A stretch of 63,051 nt of DNA, filler included, from Chrysochromulina tobinii (GCA_001275005.1; 5 parts of 5 records of this genome joined end to end with filler, not necessarily neighbours in it), one strand, 5' to 3'. Shown: positions 10,913 through 25,160, counted from the first letter of the whole stretch. Numbers and translations are program-made. The notes: a model not told the origin generated them from the letters alone.

Positions 10913-11090
10913 CAGTTTGAAATCAGGGTATGAGGATTGTGTGCAAATCCAGATATTAATCTCTCCCCTGCTACCCCCCTTCTTGGGTAAATCATTCCGA
11001 GTTTGTTGTGTAGAACTCAGGGTATGAGGATGATCGTGTGCAAATCCAGACGAGATACCTGACGAGATATTATCCCTCTACCCCCTTTGG
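10913..11090 (-). repeat. Two degenerate copies of the 77-bp satellite unit of 30595-31083, in inverted orientation
   Basis: aatcagggtatgaggattgtgtgcaaatccaga...cccctgctacccccct aligns by eye with the reverse complement of the unit (aatcaggtggtggggatagtgtgtgaatccaga...ccctcccctacccct). Confidence 0.7.
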
Positions 11091-11331
11091 ATAAAAGCAG
11101 AGCACATAGTTGCGTAACATACACCCGCAGTACACCCGTCACAACTATTGTATTCATGGTCACGATAAGGTCACGATGTGTCATAGTGTCAACATGCTCA
11201 CACGCTATCGTGGACGCTCACAATGGCGCTTTGTTCGAAGGCGCGGTCGATGGAAGGATGCAACACAGCACAGCACATCACTCGGAGGCACCCATAACGC
11301 GCCCCGCACTCTCACTCCGCAATTACCGCAA

Positions 11332-14300
11332 TCACTCCGCAATCGCCGCCAGCATGGCGCCCGCTTCTTTAGCCACCTTGGCGCCTCCCTTGGCGCGACT
11401 GGTGGACGCCGCTTTATTGGCACCCTTTTTGGCGCCCGCGCCTGCGCCTGACGCGTTCGATCGGTCGCTCTCGTTCCCGGTCGCACGTGACGTCTTGGCG
11501 ATCGCCTTCTTCTCCTTTTTGGAGAGCTCATTCGCGGGCGCCGTACTGGGCACTGTATCGGCGGCACCACGCGCTGCGGGCGGCGGCGGTGCCGGCGTCT
11601 GTGGAACGGCGCCCGGCTCGGCGCCAGCGTCTCCGTCGGCGACTTTGGCGTCCTTCCCACTGACCTTGGGAACCGACAAGTGTGGTGTGTCCTTCTTGAC
11701 GCCAAAGCGCGCCGTCGTCTTCGCGTCCTCCTTTGGCGAGGTAGGCCGCCATCCTGGTGTGCCTGGCCCCCCCGCCCCCAGGCCGCTGCCCTCCCCCCCG
11801 TCGCGGGCCGGCGAGTTCTCTTGACGTAACAGTGCTCTAGACGTACGTGGCCGATTGTACCTGTGGGGACGAGGCGCTGTGGTGAGCCCATGCATGCAAG
11901 GCGGGTCATCAGTGGCAATCAGTGGGGCCGATCGTACCCATGGGCGCTGTGGTGAGCCCATGCATGCAAGGCGGGTCATCAGTGGCAATCAGTGGGGCCG
12001 ATCGTACCCATAGGTGCCGAGCAGCTCCGAAGGCGCCGTCGTGGGCGTGGGCGGGCTGCCGGGTGTGCCGGGCGCGCGGTACGAGCGGTCGTGGATGGCG
12101 AAGCCCATCTTGGTTGCTTTCGACTTGAAGCGGGGGGAGAAGAGCAGATGCTGCAACGACTCCACCTGAACGCCGAGGGTTGGCCATCAGAGGGTCGGTC
12201 ATCAGAGGGTCATCAGAGGGTCATCAGAGGGTCATCAGATAGCCATCAGAGGGTCATCAGAGAGTCATCAGAGGGTCATCAGAGGGTCATCAGAGGGTCA
12301 TCAGAGAGTCATCAGAGGGTCATCAGAGGGTCATCAGAGGGTCATCAGAGAGCCATCAGAGGGTCATCAGAGGGTCATCAGAGGGTCATCAGAAAGCCAT
12401 CAGAGGGTCATCAGAGGGTCATCAGAGGGTCATCAGAGGGCCATCAGAGGGTCATCAGACGGTACCTGAAGCCTTGGGTTAGCATGGCATGAGTCCCAGC
12501 CTCGCCCCTTGATGGTGGGGTTCGTCTCGCCGTTCGCGCGCTTCTCCGCCAACTCCTCGGCCGCCTGTGTCGCGTAGGGGGACCATCAGTCGGCATCAGT
12601 CGCAATCAGTCGCCATCAGTCGCCATCAGTCGCCATCAGTCGCCATCAGTCGCCATCAATCGCCATCAGTTGCCATCAGTTGCCATCTGTCGCCATCACG
12701 CACCTGCGCCTTGAGGGTCTGGAAATCGGGGTACTCGTGTGTAATCATGTGTAATCAGGGGTACTCGTGTGTAATCAGGTGTCCTCGCGCACCTGCGCTT
12801 CTAGGGTCTGGAAATACGATTTCTGCACTGGGATCTTGATGGCGAACGTTCGATCAGGCTGTGGAGCATCGACGTTGAGCAATTGCAAGATGCCCACAGC
12901 TTGCTTTCTCAGCCAGTTCTCGGGGCCGTGCGAGATCGCAATCAGCGGCTCGATGGCGCCGTCCTCGGAGATTTGGCGAGCTGCGGACGGATCTCCCGCC
13001 AGGTTGCACAGCGCGGCGGCCGCATAACCCTGCGCCTCCGACTTGCTCTTGAGCAGCAAGACCAGCGGCGCGATCGCGGCGGCTTCGGTCACCGCCTTGC
13101 AGAACATCGGCTCAGAGGTCAAACCCCACAGCGCACACGAGGCATGCTTCTGCGCAGGAAAGACAATGAGCGACACTCAGAAGGCAATCAACGGCCATGA
13201 ACGACACTCAGAAGGCAAGCAGCGGCCATGAACGACACTCAGAAGGCAATCAGCGGCCATGAACGACACTCAGAAGGCACTGTGTGTCGACTATTGACCG
13301 TTCACACCTGTGCTCCCGCAGACCCATGGGTGAGAAGCTGGACGAGGTGTGGGATGCCGCCCGCTTGGACGAGGCATTGCTTCACCCCCCCCTGCTTGTC
13401 CTTGGCGAGGTCTGCAAGCAGTGCCGCGATCGAATCCTGAGCTTCGGGGCTGTCGGTGCGCCCGAGGAGCTTGACTAGAGGCGCGATGCCTGATGAGGAC
13501 AGCAATCAGAGTGAACTCAGTTCGCGCTCAGTGCCAATCAGAGGACCATCCGTCCACTCATCAGCTGATGAGGACAGCAATCAGAGTGGAGCTCAGTTCG
13601 CGATCAGTGCCAATCAGAGGACCATCCGTCCACTCATCAGCTGATGAGGACAGCAATCAGAGTGGAGCTCAGTTCGCGATCAGTGCCAATCAGAGGACCA
13701 TCCGTCCACTCGTCAGCATGCACTTATCAGCATGCACTTATCAGCATGCACTTATCAACATGCACTTATCAACATGCACTCGTCAGCATGCACTCGTCAG
13801 CATGCACTCATCAGCATGCACTCATCAGCATGCACTCATCAGCATGCACTCATCAGCATGCACTCATCAGCATGCACTCATCATGGGCGATCCCTCCGCA
13901 GGCAATCCCCGGCCTTGCCGAATCTCAAAGGGCAATCCCCGGTCTTGACGAATCTCAAAGGGCAATCCCTCCGGGCTCACCCCCGGCCTTGACGAATCTC
14001 AAAGGGCAATCCCTCCAAGCTCACCCCCTGCCTTGACGATCGCGGCCTTATTCGCGGTGGACGAGTCGAGATGGAAGAGAGCACATGCGGCATGGTTGGC
14101 CGCTGTGACACGCTCGCTCGTCAGCAGTGCGACGAGCAAACCGATGCCGTCGGCTTCGGTGATGCGCTGCTGTGCCGTCGTGGATGAGGACAAGTGCCAG
14201 AGCGCCGCGCTCGCCCTTGTCTGTGCCTCGAGAGCCATCTTCTGAGCCTCGGCGCCCACCTGCATGCATGCAATCAATCGCCATCAGGGTGCAATTAGGG

Positions 14301-17300
14301 TGCCATCTCAGGTACCATCAGAGTGCCCTCAGGGTGCAATCAGGGTGCAATCAGGGTACCATCAGGGTGGAGTCAGGGTGCAATTAGGGTACCATCAGTC
14401 ACAGCCAGAGGCCATTAGAGGCAATGAACGACGCTCACCTTATGAGCCGAGCTTGCGCCGAGCATCTTGACGAGAGGCTCGACACCGCCCGCCGCCACGA
14501 TCTGCTGCTTGCACTCCGAGCCGCGCGCGAGGTCGGAGAGCGCCGCGGCGGCGCGCACCTGTGGGGAAGGGAGGAGGTCGCGCCGTGGTGAGCACTTGCA
14601 TGCAAGGCAGAGGTTGGAGAGAGCCGCGGCGGCGCGCACCTGCATGCATGCAATTGGAGGCCACCGGACGCCATCAGGGGCACTCAGACGCAATCAGTCG
14701 CACTCAGCGCGCGCACCTGCGACTTGTTCACGTTGCGACCGTCCCCGAGGAGCTGTACGAGAGGGAGGATGGCGCCTGCCGCCGCGATGACCAGCCGATT
14801 CTCTGCGGACCGGTTCGCGAGCATGGCGAGGGTTTCTGCGGACTTCATCTGCGCCGCGGCGTTCCTCCCTTCGAGGAGGGCCACGAGGGGCTTGACGACC
14901 GCGTTGCGATTCTCTTGATTCGGCGCCGCGATGTGAAGGATCGCCCCCTGAGCATACCTGTGAAACGCGAGGTGTGAAACGCGAGGTGTGAAGCGCGAGG
15001 TGTGAAGTGCGAGGTGTGCACGCGAAAGCGCCGTAGTGAGCTCTCGCATGCAAGGCTGCTCGTTCATCAGTGGCCATCAGCGTACCCTTGCGTCGCCTCC
15101 GACTCGGCGCCCAGGAGGCCAACCAGAGGTGCGATGGCTCCAGCGCGTGCGAGGGACACCTGTGGGGACGCAGTGGGGGCGTCGTGGTGAGCACTTGCAT
15201 GCGGAGAGGTGCGATGGCTCCAGCGCGTGCACGGGCCAATCTCGGACCAATCTCGGTCCGGTGTCGGGGCAATCTCGGACAAATCTCGGTCCGATGTCGG
15301 GGCAACCTCGGGGCGATCTCGTGAGGGTGTTGGGTGAGCACCTGGTTCTCGGGGCAATCTCGGGGCAATCTGGGAGCGATCTCGTGAGCACCTGGTTCTC
15401 GGGGCAATCTCGCGAGAGGCTTTCCATCGCAGCGGCGGCGAACTCCTGCGCACGGTCCGAGTCCGCAGAGAGGTTGGCGACGAGCGCGGGCAGCGCGCCT
15501 TCGCGCGCGATCATGAGCTGGTTGTCGGGGGTCGACGAGAGGTGCCAGAGCGCTCTGGTCGCGTTCTCGCGAGGCCCGAGGGCGTTGGCGCACAGCACCT
15601 GTGGGGAAGCAGGCGCGGCGTCGTGGTGAGCACTTGCATGCTGAGAGGCCCGAGGGCGTTGGCGCACAGCGCCTCGACGAGCGGTCCTCAGAGGTCACCA
15701 GAGGTCATCAGAGGTCATCAGAGGTCGTCAGAGGTCATGAGCACCTCGACGAGCGGTGGAATCCCGCCTTCGTCCGCGACCGCAATCTTATTCATCTGGC
15801 TGCCCGCGGCCACCGCCGCAAGCGCGCCCGCCGCCCACTTTTGGGCATCGGCCTTCGCATCAAAGTCCGCACTGCGCTTGAGGGTGCCATCATCTCCCGG
15901 CAAGGCCCCCTTGGCGCCATGCTTGAGCATCGAGACGAGCGGGCGGATGGCGCCGGCTTCGACGATGGTCGTCTGCGCGTCGGAGGTAGGGCGCATGTAA
16001 TGAGAGGGCTCATCAGGGCTCATCATGGGCTCATCAGAGGCTCATCAGGGCTCATCAGGGCTCATCAGGGCTCATCAGGGCTCATCGGGGCTCATCGGGG
16101 CTCATCAGGGCTCAACAGAGGTGTCCTCAATCGCACTCACCTGCACGTCAGGCGAATCGCGCGCGAGGTCCGCCAGGGCGCGAGCGGCCATCTGCGGCGG
16201 TCCGAGGCTTGGGTCCACCTGTGGGGACGCACAAGGGAGGCGTCGTGGTGAGCACTTGCATGCTGAGAGGTGCGATGGCTTGGGTCCGATGGAGGCTAAG
16301 GTGCACCAGCCACTCCACGAGCGCCGAGATGGCGCCGGCCGCCGCGATCGAGAATTGCGTCGCCGAGTTCGCGCCCGGCAGTGCAGCGCGTGACATTTGA
16401 GCGAGGGCGAGTGCCGCGTGTCGTTTGGCGCCTCGAGAGCCGGTGCGGAGGAGCTTGACGAGAGGCAGGATGCCGCCTGATGAGGGAGGCCATCACGAGT
16501 CAATCAAGAGGTCATCAGTGGGAGGAGCTCGACGAGGGGCAAGAGCGGGCGGGCGTACCCGCAGACACGATGTCGGCCTTGTTGACGGCGGTGAAGGAGA
16601 TGACGGCCGGGATATCATCCGAAGTAATCCCCGAGAGCACCGCGGCAGCATGCTCCTGCGCGACGAGGGAAAGGTTGCCGGACCGCAGGATCTTGATGAT
16701 CGGGTCCGCACAGCCCGCGCTCGCGATGGACACCTTCGAGACGATGTCGGATGCCGAGTACAGCAGCCAGAGCGCGTACCTGGGCACAAGGAGGGAGGAG
16801 GCGCCGTGGTGAGCGTCCGCATGCAAGGCAGCTAGGTCATCAGTGCGGCAATCAACGTACTCTTGGGCTTCGAGTGACCCAGTGGCAATCAGTGGCAATC
16901 AGTGGCAATCAGTGGCAATCAGTGGCAATCAGTGGCAATCAACGTACTCTTGGGCTTCGAGTGACCCAGTGGCAATCAGTGGCAATCAGTGGCAATCAGT
17001 GGCAATCAACGTACTCTTGGGCTTCGAGTGACCCATCCTTGAGTAGGCTGACGAAACGCTCGATGCCGCCCGCCATCTGGACCGTCATCTGGGACTCGGC
17101 GCCCCCCGACTCTGCCATGCCCTTGAGGGCCGTCCACGCGCGCTGGCGTACTTTGACGTCAGGCGATCCGAGCAGTTGGATGAGTTGTGCCGTCACCTGA
17201 TGAGGGAGGCAATCATCAGGTCATCAGAGGCAATTAGAGGGCAATCAGAGGTCATCCGACGCAATCAAGAGGCAATCATCAGGTCATCCGACGCAATCAG

Positions 17301-20300
17301 AGGGCAATCAGAGGTCATCCGACGCAATCAAGAGGCAATCAGAGGTCATCCGAGTCATGTAGGCGGGTCGCACAGCGGTCAGAGATCTACAATCGTCAAA
17401 GGTGTGATCACACCTCCGAGTCCGTAGCGATACGTAATGAGACTCATCAGCCCGCGGCAGGCAATCACATGCAATTACAGAGGTCATCAGAGACTCATCA
17501 GAGACTCATCAGAGACTCATCAGAGACTCATCAGGGATGCAATCACGAGATCAGATGGATCGAGTGCCGTCAGTGTTCGTCAGTGGCAATCAGATGCACA
17601 CAGATGCAATCAGATGCAATCAGATGCGATCGAGTGTCGTCAACGTTCGTCAGTGGCAATCACCTGCACGCGATGCTGTGCCGACTTGAGCGCAATCTGC
17701 CCAAGCGCCGATGCAGCGTGCGTCTGCCCCTGTGCAGTCTGCCCATCCCGCAGCTTGCGAGCGAGCTGTGGGATGGCGCCCCACTTTGCGAGCGCCCCCC
17801 GGTTCTCCGAATCGAGAGAGAGTGAATAGAGCAGCTGGGTTACGGTGTCCTGATGAGGGAGGCAATCAAGAGGTCATCAGAGGTCATCAGGGAGTAGAGC
17901 AGTTGACGAAGTCCAGTGGCGGGAGCCCGCGCGCCGTGACGAGCACTTGCACGCGGGCGGCTCGCGGCTCGGGCGGCGCGAGTGCCCACGACGACGCGGG
18001 GTGGCGGCTCACCTGCGCCTCATTCGAGGAGGTGTCCTGACTGAGCATCGCGACAAGGTTCTGGGCGACCGTCGATTGGTTGTCAGCGTTGGCGACGACC
18101 ATAGTGGAGAGGGCTCCGGCGGCTTGCGTCTTCGCCTCGGCCGTGCCTGTCTCAACGAGCGCCACAGGTCATCAGAGGCCATCAGAGGCCATCAGAGGTC
18201 ATCAGAGGTCATCAGAGGTCATCAGAGGTCATCAGAGGCCATCAGAGGCCATCAGAGGTCATCAGAGGGCCATCAGAGGGCCATCAAAAGGCAACAGAAG
18301 TTCTCAGAAGTCGTCAGCACACCTGTCTCGAAGAGCGCCACGAGAGCAGGTACGCCACCCGCCTTAGCGATGGCCACTCCGTTGCTGTGAAGCTTGGCTA
18401 GTGAGTGCAGCGCGCCCGCCGCCGTCTCTGCGGCCAGGGCGCCCCCCTCGCTACCTGATGAGGGAGGCAATCAAGAGGTGTCCTCAGCGATCATATGAGG
18501 TCATCAGGTGTCATCAAGCTACCAGATGAGGGAGGCAATCAAGAGGTGTCCTCAGAGACATCTCAAAGGCCATCAGAGGCAACCGGAGGTGATTAGAGTC
18601 CATCAGAGGCCATCAGAGGTGATCAGAGGTCATCAGAGGTCATCAGAGGTCATCAGAGGTGATCAGAGGTCATCAGAGGCCATCAGAGGTCATCAGAGGT
18701 CCCTCGGCAGTCCCCCACCTGGCTGCAGCAGCGCGACCAGCGGAATGATGCCGCCGCATTCGAAGATGAGCTGCTGATTGGGCGCGTGATCAGCGGCGAG
18801 GCTCCAGAGAGCCCCGGCGGCATCTCGATGCACCTCGGGAGATCCTTTCGAGAGTAGGCCGATGAGCAGTGGCACGCCGCCCGCCGTGGCGATCGCCTTT
18901 TGATTGGGCCCGTTTTGGAAGGCCATCGACCAAAGCGCCGAGGCAACCTCCTTTTGGAGGAGCACCTGATGATGAGGGGGGGCAATCGAGACGTGTCATC
19001 AAGAGGTCATCAGTGGTCATCAGAGGTCATCAGTGGTCATCAGAGGCGCGTATCGGAGGCACGGAGAGGTCATCAGCCTCTTGGTACGCAACCAGTCACG
19101 CAACCAGTCACGCAAGCAGTGCTCCTCAAGGGAGATCGCACCTCGGCCTTGTCGATCCCCTTGACGCCCGATGAGAGCATGCCAACGAGCGGCCCGATGG
19201 CGCCCCACCTGCATGCAATCAGTGGCAAGCATCAGTGGCAATCATCAGTGGCAATCAGTGGCAGCATGCCAATGGCGGCCCGACGGCGCCTCACTTGGCG
19301 AGCGCCTCTTGATTGGACGTAATCAGAGGTCATCAGAGGTCGTCAGAGGTCATCAGCGGCCCGACGGCGCCTCACTTGGCGAGCGCCTCTTGATTGGATG
19401 TGTGAGCTCGCGCGAGGTTCGAGATCGCACGAGCTGCCTTCGTGCGCGTCGGCGTATCGGGCGCAGTGAGCAGCTGCACGAGCATCGTCGCGATCGTGTT
19501 CTGATTCTGCGGATTATCGAGTGCGATCGCTGCTAGCGCCCCCGCCGCCTGAAGTTGCGTCTCGGCACCGCCGACTCCCAACAAGGCAACCAGCGGCGCT
19601 AGTCCCCCCGCCTCCGCAATCGCCGCCTGGTTCTGCGCATGGTTCGCCGAGAACGACCAGAGCGCCGAGGCGGCGGCTTTCTTCGCCGACTCGGCCCCGT
19701 CGCCTTCGAACCACGAGACACGAAGGGGCGCGCTGTGGTGAGCACTTGCATGCAAGGCGGGTGCACAGAGACCATCCGCGTGATTCGCGAGTCTTGCACG
19801 TACCTTGGAGTAGCGCCACGAAGGGTGCGATGCCCCCAGCCTGGGCGGCGGCGCTCTGGTTGGCCGGGTTGTCGCGCGCGAGCTCGGAGAGGGCAGAGGC
19901 CGCGCGGGCATTCACCTGATGAGGGATGCAATCAGATGTCATCAGAGATCATCAGAGGCCATCAGCGGCCATCAGCGGTCATCAGCGGTCATCAGCGGCC
20001 ATCAGAAGCCATCAGGAGCAATCACCTCGTCTCCGTGCTCGCGTGACAGAAGGCTCACGAGGGGCGCGATGCCACCCGCCGCCGCGATCGCCGTTTGGTT
20101 GTCCTTCGAGCCCATCGCTATCGACGCCAGTGCGCCCGCCGCCTTGCCCTGCGCCTTAGTCGACTCTTCGTGCAGCAGTCTCACGAGTGGTGTGATGGCG
20201 CCGATGCCCGCAATCGCCTGATGAGGAATGCAATCCGAGGTCATCAGAGGCCATCAGAAGGTGTCGCGAGTGGCGTGATGGCGCCGATGCCCGTAATCAC

Positions 20301-20531
20301 CTGCGAGTTGGCAATCAGAGGCACTCAGAGGCACTCAGAGGCAATCACCTGCGAGTTGGCCTTGTTGTTCCGCGAGAGCGACCAGAGGGCGCCGGCGGCT
20401 TCGGAGCGGGCCTCCACCCCCCGGCTCGCTACGATGTTGACCTCACCCGCGCTGATGACGAGCTCAATCGAATTCCTTCTCTCTCGAGTGGCGGCGGCGA
20501 CGGCGGCGGCGGCGCCCTGTAGAGAATCATC
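11332..20531 (-). CDS. Armadillo (ARM) repeat protein, about 24 exons, 5' end lost at the linker
   Basis: Exon translations repeatedly give ARM consensus (AAGALWSL, NQxAIAxAGGIAPLVxLL, AGAIRPLVSML), separated by GT-AG introns full of tandem repeats. Stop at 11332. One apparent +1 homopolymer slip near 19205. Confidence 0.9.
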
Positions 20532-20631
20532 NNNNNNNNNNNNNNNNNNNNNNNNNNNNNNNNNNNNNNNNNNNNTTAATTAATTAANNNNNNNNNNNNN
20601 NNNNNNNNNNNNNNNNNNNNNNNNNNNNNNN
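20532..20631. other. Artificial contig linker
   Basis: N44-TTAATTAATTAA-N44, with stops in all six frames. Confidence 0.98.
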
Positions 20632-20895
20632 ATGCCGTGGCGGCAAGGGCGGCGGCGGCGGCGAGGGCAGCGGCGGTGGCGGCGGCAAGGGCGGTGGCGG
20701 CGGCGGCGGCAAGGGCGGTGGCGGCGGCGGCGGCAAGGGCGGTGGCGGCGGCGGCGTGGGCTTTGGCGGCAAGGGCGGTGGCGGCCGCTTTGCGATGCGC
20801 CCAACGAACTGGCCGTTCTCCATACTGAACGCCGGGGCAGGAGCCAAACGGCTGCCGTCAGCCCCCTCCCATGCGAACAACTCGAGTGAGGCCAT
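20632..20895 (-). CDS. Partial proline-rich ORF running into the linker (strand uncertain)
   Basis: MASLELFAWEG...PPPLPPKPTPPPPPPLPPP. The opposite strand reads as Gly/Lys-rich. Confidence 0.3.
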
Positions 20896-21473
20896 GAAGA
20901 CGACGGGTTCTCCTCACTCACGAGTCGTGGACCATTCGGGCGTCGCGGGTCGCGTGTGATACCAGTATGAATTAACACGACAAACGCGACATCCGGTGCT
21001 ACGGCACTGTGACGCGTGTGAACGTTAACACGACAGACAACCGGTGCTACGGCACTGTTACTGCCCGCTCAGAATACGCACACCTTACACCACGCGTGTT
21101 GAGGAATCTGCCGTGAAGCGAAGGAGTCAAAAGACAAAAGTCAAGCGTCAACCGTCAACGGTCAAGTCAGTCCGAGAGTTATGGCCTGCAGTTACACTGG
21201 ATTACAAACCTCACCCCTCCACACCAAGCATTCAAACACCGCCTTTCCCGCTCTTATCCCGCTCGGTGCGACACGACGCAATATGCAATTTGGGTGGGCG
21301 GTGCAGGTTTCTTTTATTGTGTGTGGTGATGCGCGTGTCGTGCTCGTGCGCTTTGGATAACGCGTAGCTGGTGTGGACAGTTTGTACGAGGCACGCCTGG
21401 GATGTGTTGACCTCAGTTGCAGGTGATCCGTGCGCACCGCACTGTCCACAATGCTCATGAGGCCGGCAGCAGC

Positions 21474-23207
21474 TCAATCAACTTTTGGTGCAAAGCATAG
21501 GATGGCGCTGGGAGGCACTGCAGCAGATTTGAGAATGCTGTCATCGAAGCCGGCGGGCAGCTTGATCAACGTCAACGAAGAGCAGCCACGGAAGGCCCCC
21601 TTACCGATGCTCGTGAGGCTGGCGGGCAGCTCGATCGACGTCAATGAGGAGCAGCCATAGAAGGCGCGCTCACCGAGGCTCGTGAGGCCGGCGGGCAGCT
21701 CGATCGACGTCAATGAGGAGCAGCCTTCGAAGGCCCACTTACCGATGCTCGCGAGGCCAGCGGGCAGCTCGATCGACGTCAACGAGGAGCAGCCATAGAA
21801 GGCGTACCTACCGAGGCTCGTGAGGCTGGCAGGTAGCTCGATCGACGTCAACGAGGAGCAGTTAAAGAAGGCGCCATCACCGATGCTCGTGAGGCCGGCG
21901 GGCAGCTCAATCGACGTCAACGAGGAGCAGCCAGCAAAGGCGCTCCTACCGATGCTTGTGAGGCCGGCGGGCAGCGCGATCGACGTCATCGAGGAGCAGC
22001 CGTAGAAGGCGCACACACCGATGCTCATGAGGCTGGCGGGCAGCGCGATTGACGTCAACGAGGAGCAGTCCTCGAAGGCGCTCTCACCGATGCTCGTGAG
22101 GCCGGTGGGCAGCGCGATCGACGTCATCGACATGTCGTCGCGGAACGCGTTCACCGGCACGTGCGCCTCGCCATGGCGCAGCACGCACGCCGCGAGCAGC
22201 ACCTCCATCGGCACCTTGCCCTCGCCGCGGATGCACGCGCGCACCCCTGCCATCGGATACGGTTGCGTACCATCATCATATTCTTCCGATACATCCGAAG
22301 ACTCCACGCTCCTCAGCGCGGCCACGTCCACCTCGAAACCGCCCAGCCCCGTCACCTTTGCCAGGTTGGGCAGCCAGCGCGACGCGTCGACCGCGTCGGC
22401 GATGAGGCGACCGGCGGCGCGGCTGCCCGAGAGGTCGAGCTCGGTCACCTCGAGGAGGTTGCTCGTGAGCGGCAGGCCGACGCGTGCGCACAGCCGCGCG
22501 CACAGGACGCGCCGCGCTCGCGCACGCCACGCGAGGCTCACGCCCTTGAGTGCACACAGTGTCGGCACGTCAGCGTCTGCGAGGGCGTCCTCGAGGGCGT
22601 CCTCGTTGACGAGCTGCGTCGAGAGCCAGCACACGGGCGCTGGCGGTGCGGGAGCGTCGGCCGCTCGCGGTGCAGTGGCGTCGTGCTGAGCGTCGTCGTG
22701 CGTGAAGATCGGCTCTTCCGTCGCCGCCTGCCGCTCCGCCTCGGTGGGGAAGTCGCTCACGACGCCCAGCAGCCGCCCGAGCTCCGCGCCACTCTTGCCG
22801 GCGAGGTGGCCGGTGCACAGGGAACGTGAGAGGAGTCGGAGAAGCTCGACGTCCACGTCGAGAAAGTGCGCGCCATGCAAAAGCTGCGCGAGGTGCGCGA
22901 GCGAGCACCCCTCCAGCGCCCCGCCCTCCTCCGCGCCGCCCTCGGCGACGCGCGAGAGCGTGCGGAGCGCAGCCGCAGGCACCAGAGTGGCGAACGCCCC
23001 CTCGGCGCCGCCCGTGTCGCCCACCCAGTTGGCGAGCGCCGCCGATCGCGCCGCGGCCAAACGGGACCACGCGACCACCTTGCCCTCGACGCTTCGCACC
23101 CTCACATCGCCGTCAACGCCGTCGCCGCCGATGACGTCGCCGCCGCCGCTGTCACCGCCGCTGCCGTCTCTTTCCCGACATCGCTTCATGCTAAAAAAGG
23201 ATATCAT
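21474..23207 (-). CDS. Skp1-like + F-box-like + BspA-type (LRR_5) leucine-rich repeat fusion protein
   Basis: LLHGAHFLDV...LAGKSGAELGRLLGVVSDFPTEAERQ matches the Skp1 C-terminal domain pattern. NEDALEDALADADVPTLCALKGVSLAWR matches the F-box pattern. Eight full 23-aa repeats SLTSIxLPAxLTSIGxxAFxxCS follow. Confidence 0.8.
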   Translation of the reverse strand: MISFFSMKRCRERDGSGGDSGGGDVIGGDGVDGDVRVRSVEGKVVAWSRLAAARSAALANWVGDTGGAEGAFATLVPAAALRTLSRVAEGGAEEGGALEGCSLAHLAQLLHGAHFLDVDVELLRLLSRSLCTGHLAGKSGAELGRLLGVVSDFPTEAERQAATEEPIFTHDDAQHDATAPRAADAPAPPAPVCWLSTQLVNEDALEDALADADVPTLCALKGVSLAWRARARRVLCARLCARVGLPLTSNLLEVTELDLSGSRAAGRLIADAVDASRWLPNLAKVTGLGGFEVDVAALRSVESSDVSEEYDDGTQPYPMAGVRACIRGEGKVPMEVLLAACVLRHGEAHVPVNAFRDDMSMTSIALPTGLTSIGESAFEDCSSLTSIALPASLMSIGVCAFYGCSSMTSIALPAGLTSIGRSAFAGCSSLTSIELPAGLTSIGDGAFFNCSSLTSIELPASLTSLGRYAFYGCSSLTSIELPAGLASIGKWAFEGCSSLTSIELPAGLTSLGERAFYGCSSLTSIELPASLTSIGKGAFRGCSSLTLIKLPAGFDDSILKSAAVPPSAILCFAPKVD

Positions 23208-23561
23208 AGACGCCTCCGAGGAAATTCCGTTTTTGTGAACAGGATAGTCAAGCTTAGTTCAAGTCCAGTCAAGGACTCCGAGAGCGCAGAAGTCATGGTT
23301 TGAGCTCCATCCATCATGTGCACATAATCACAAAGCAACACATCAAGAAACAACCATACACACTGCTCCATCGCGTGCAGTTTCACAGTGCGCTAAGCAT
23401 TTTTCTACTCCCGTTCACGCGAGTCCCATGCAATCTTCCTCAGCAGCCTGTACCATTCCCGCTCAATCACCGAATCACACACGTCTCGAAGGCCACACAC
23501 GTCTCGAAGGACGTGTGTAACCACCAAGTGTAACCACCAAGTGTAACCACCACGTGCGCGC

Positions 23562-25160
<1,599 letters not shown>

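Noticed and set aside
11860..20350. Self-splicing group I/II introns or an autonomous transposon behind the intron repeats
   Set aside because: Introns are short GT-AG types, and no RT, transposase or homing endonuclease ORF is visible in the window
11992..20583. Plus-strand ORFs such as SSEGHQRVIRG and HQHALISM repeats
   Set aside because: Antisense translations of intronic 10-mer arrays in the ARM gene
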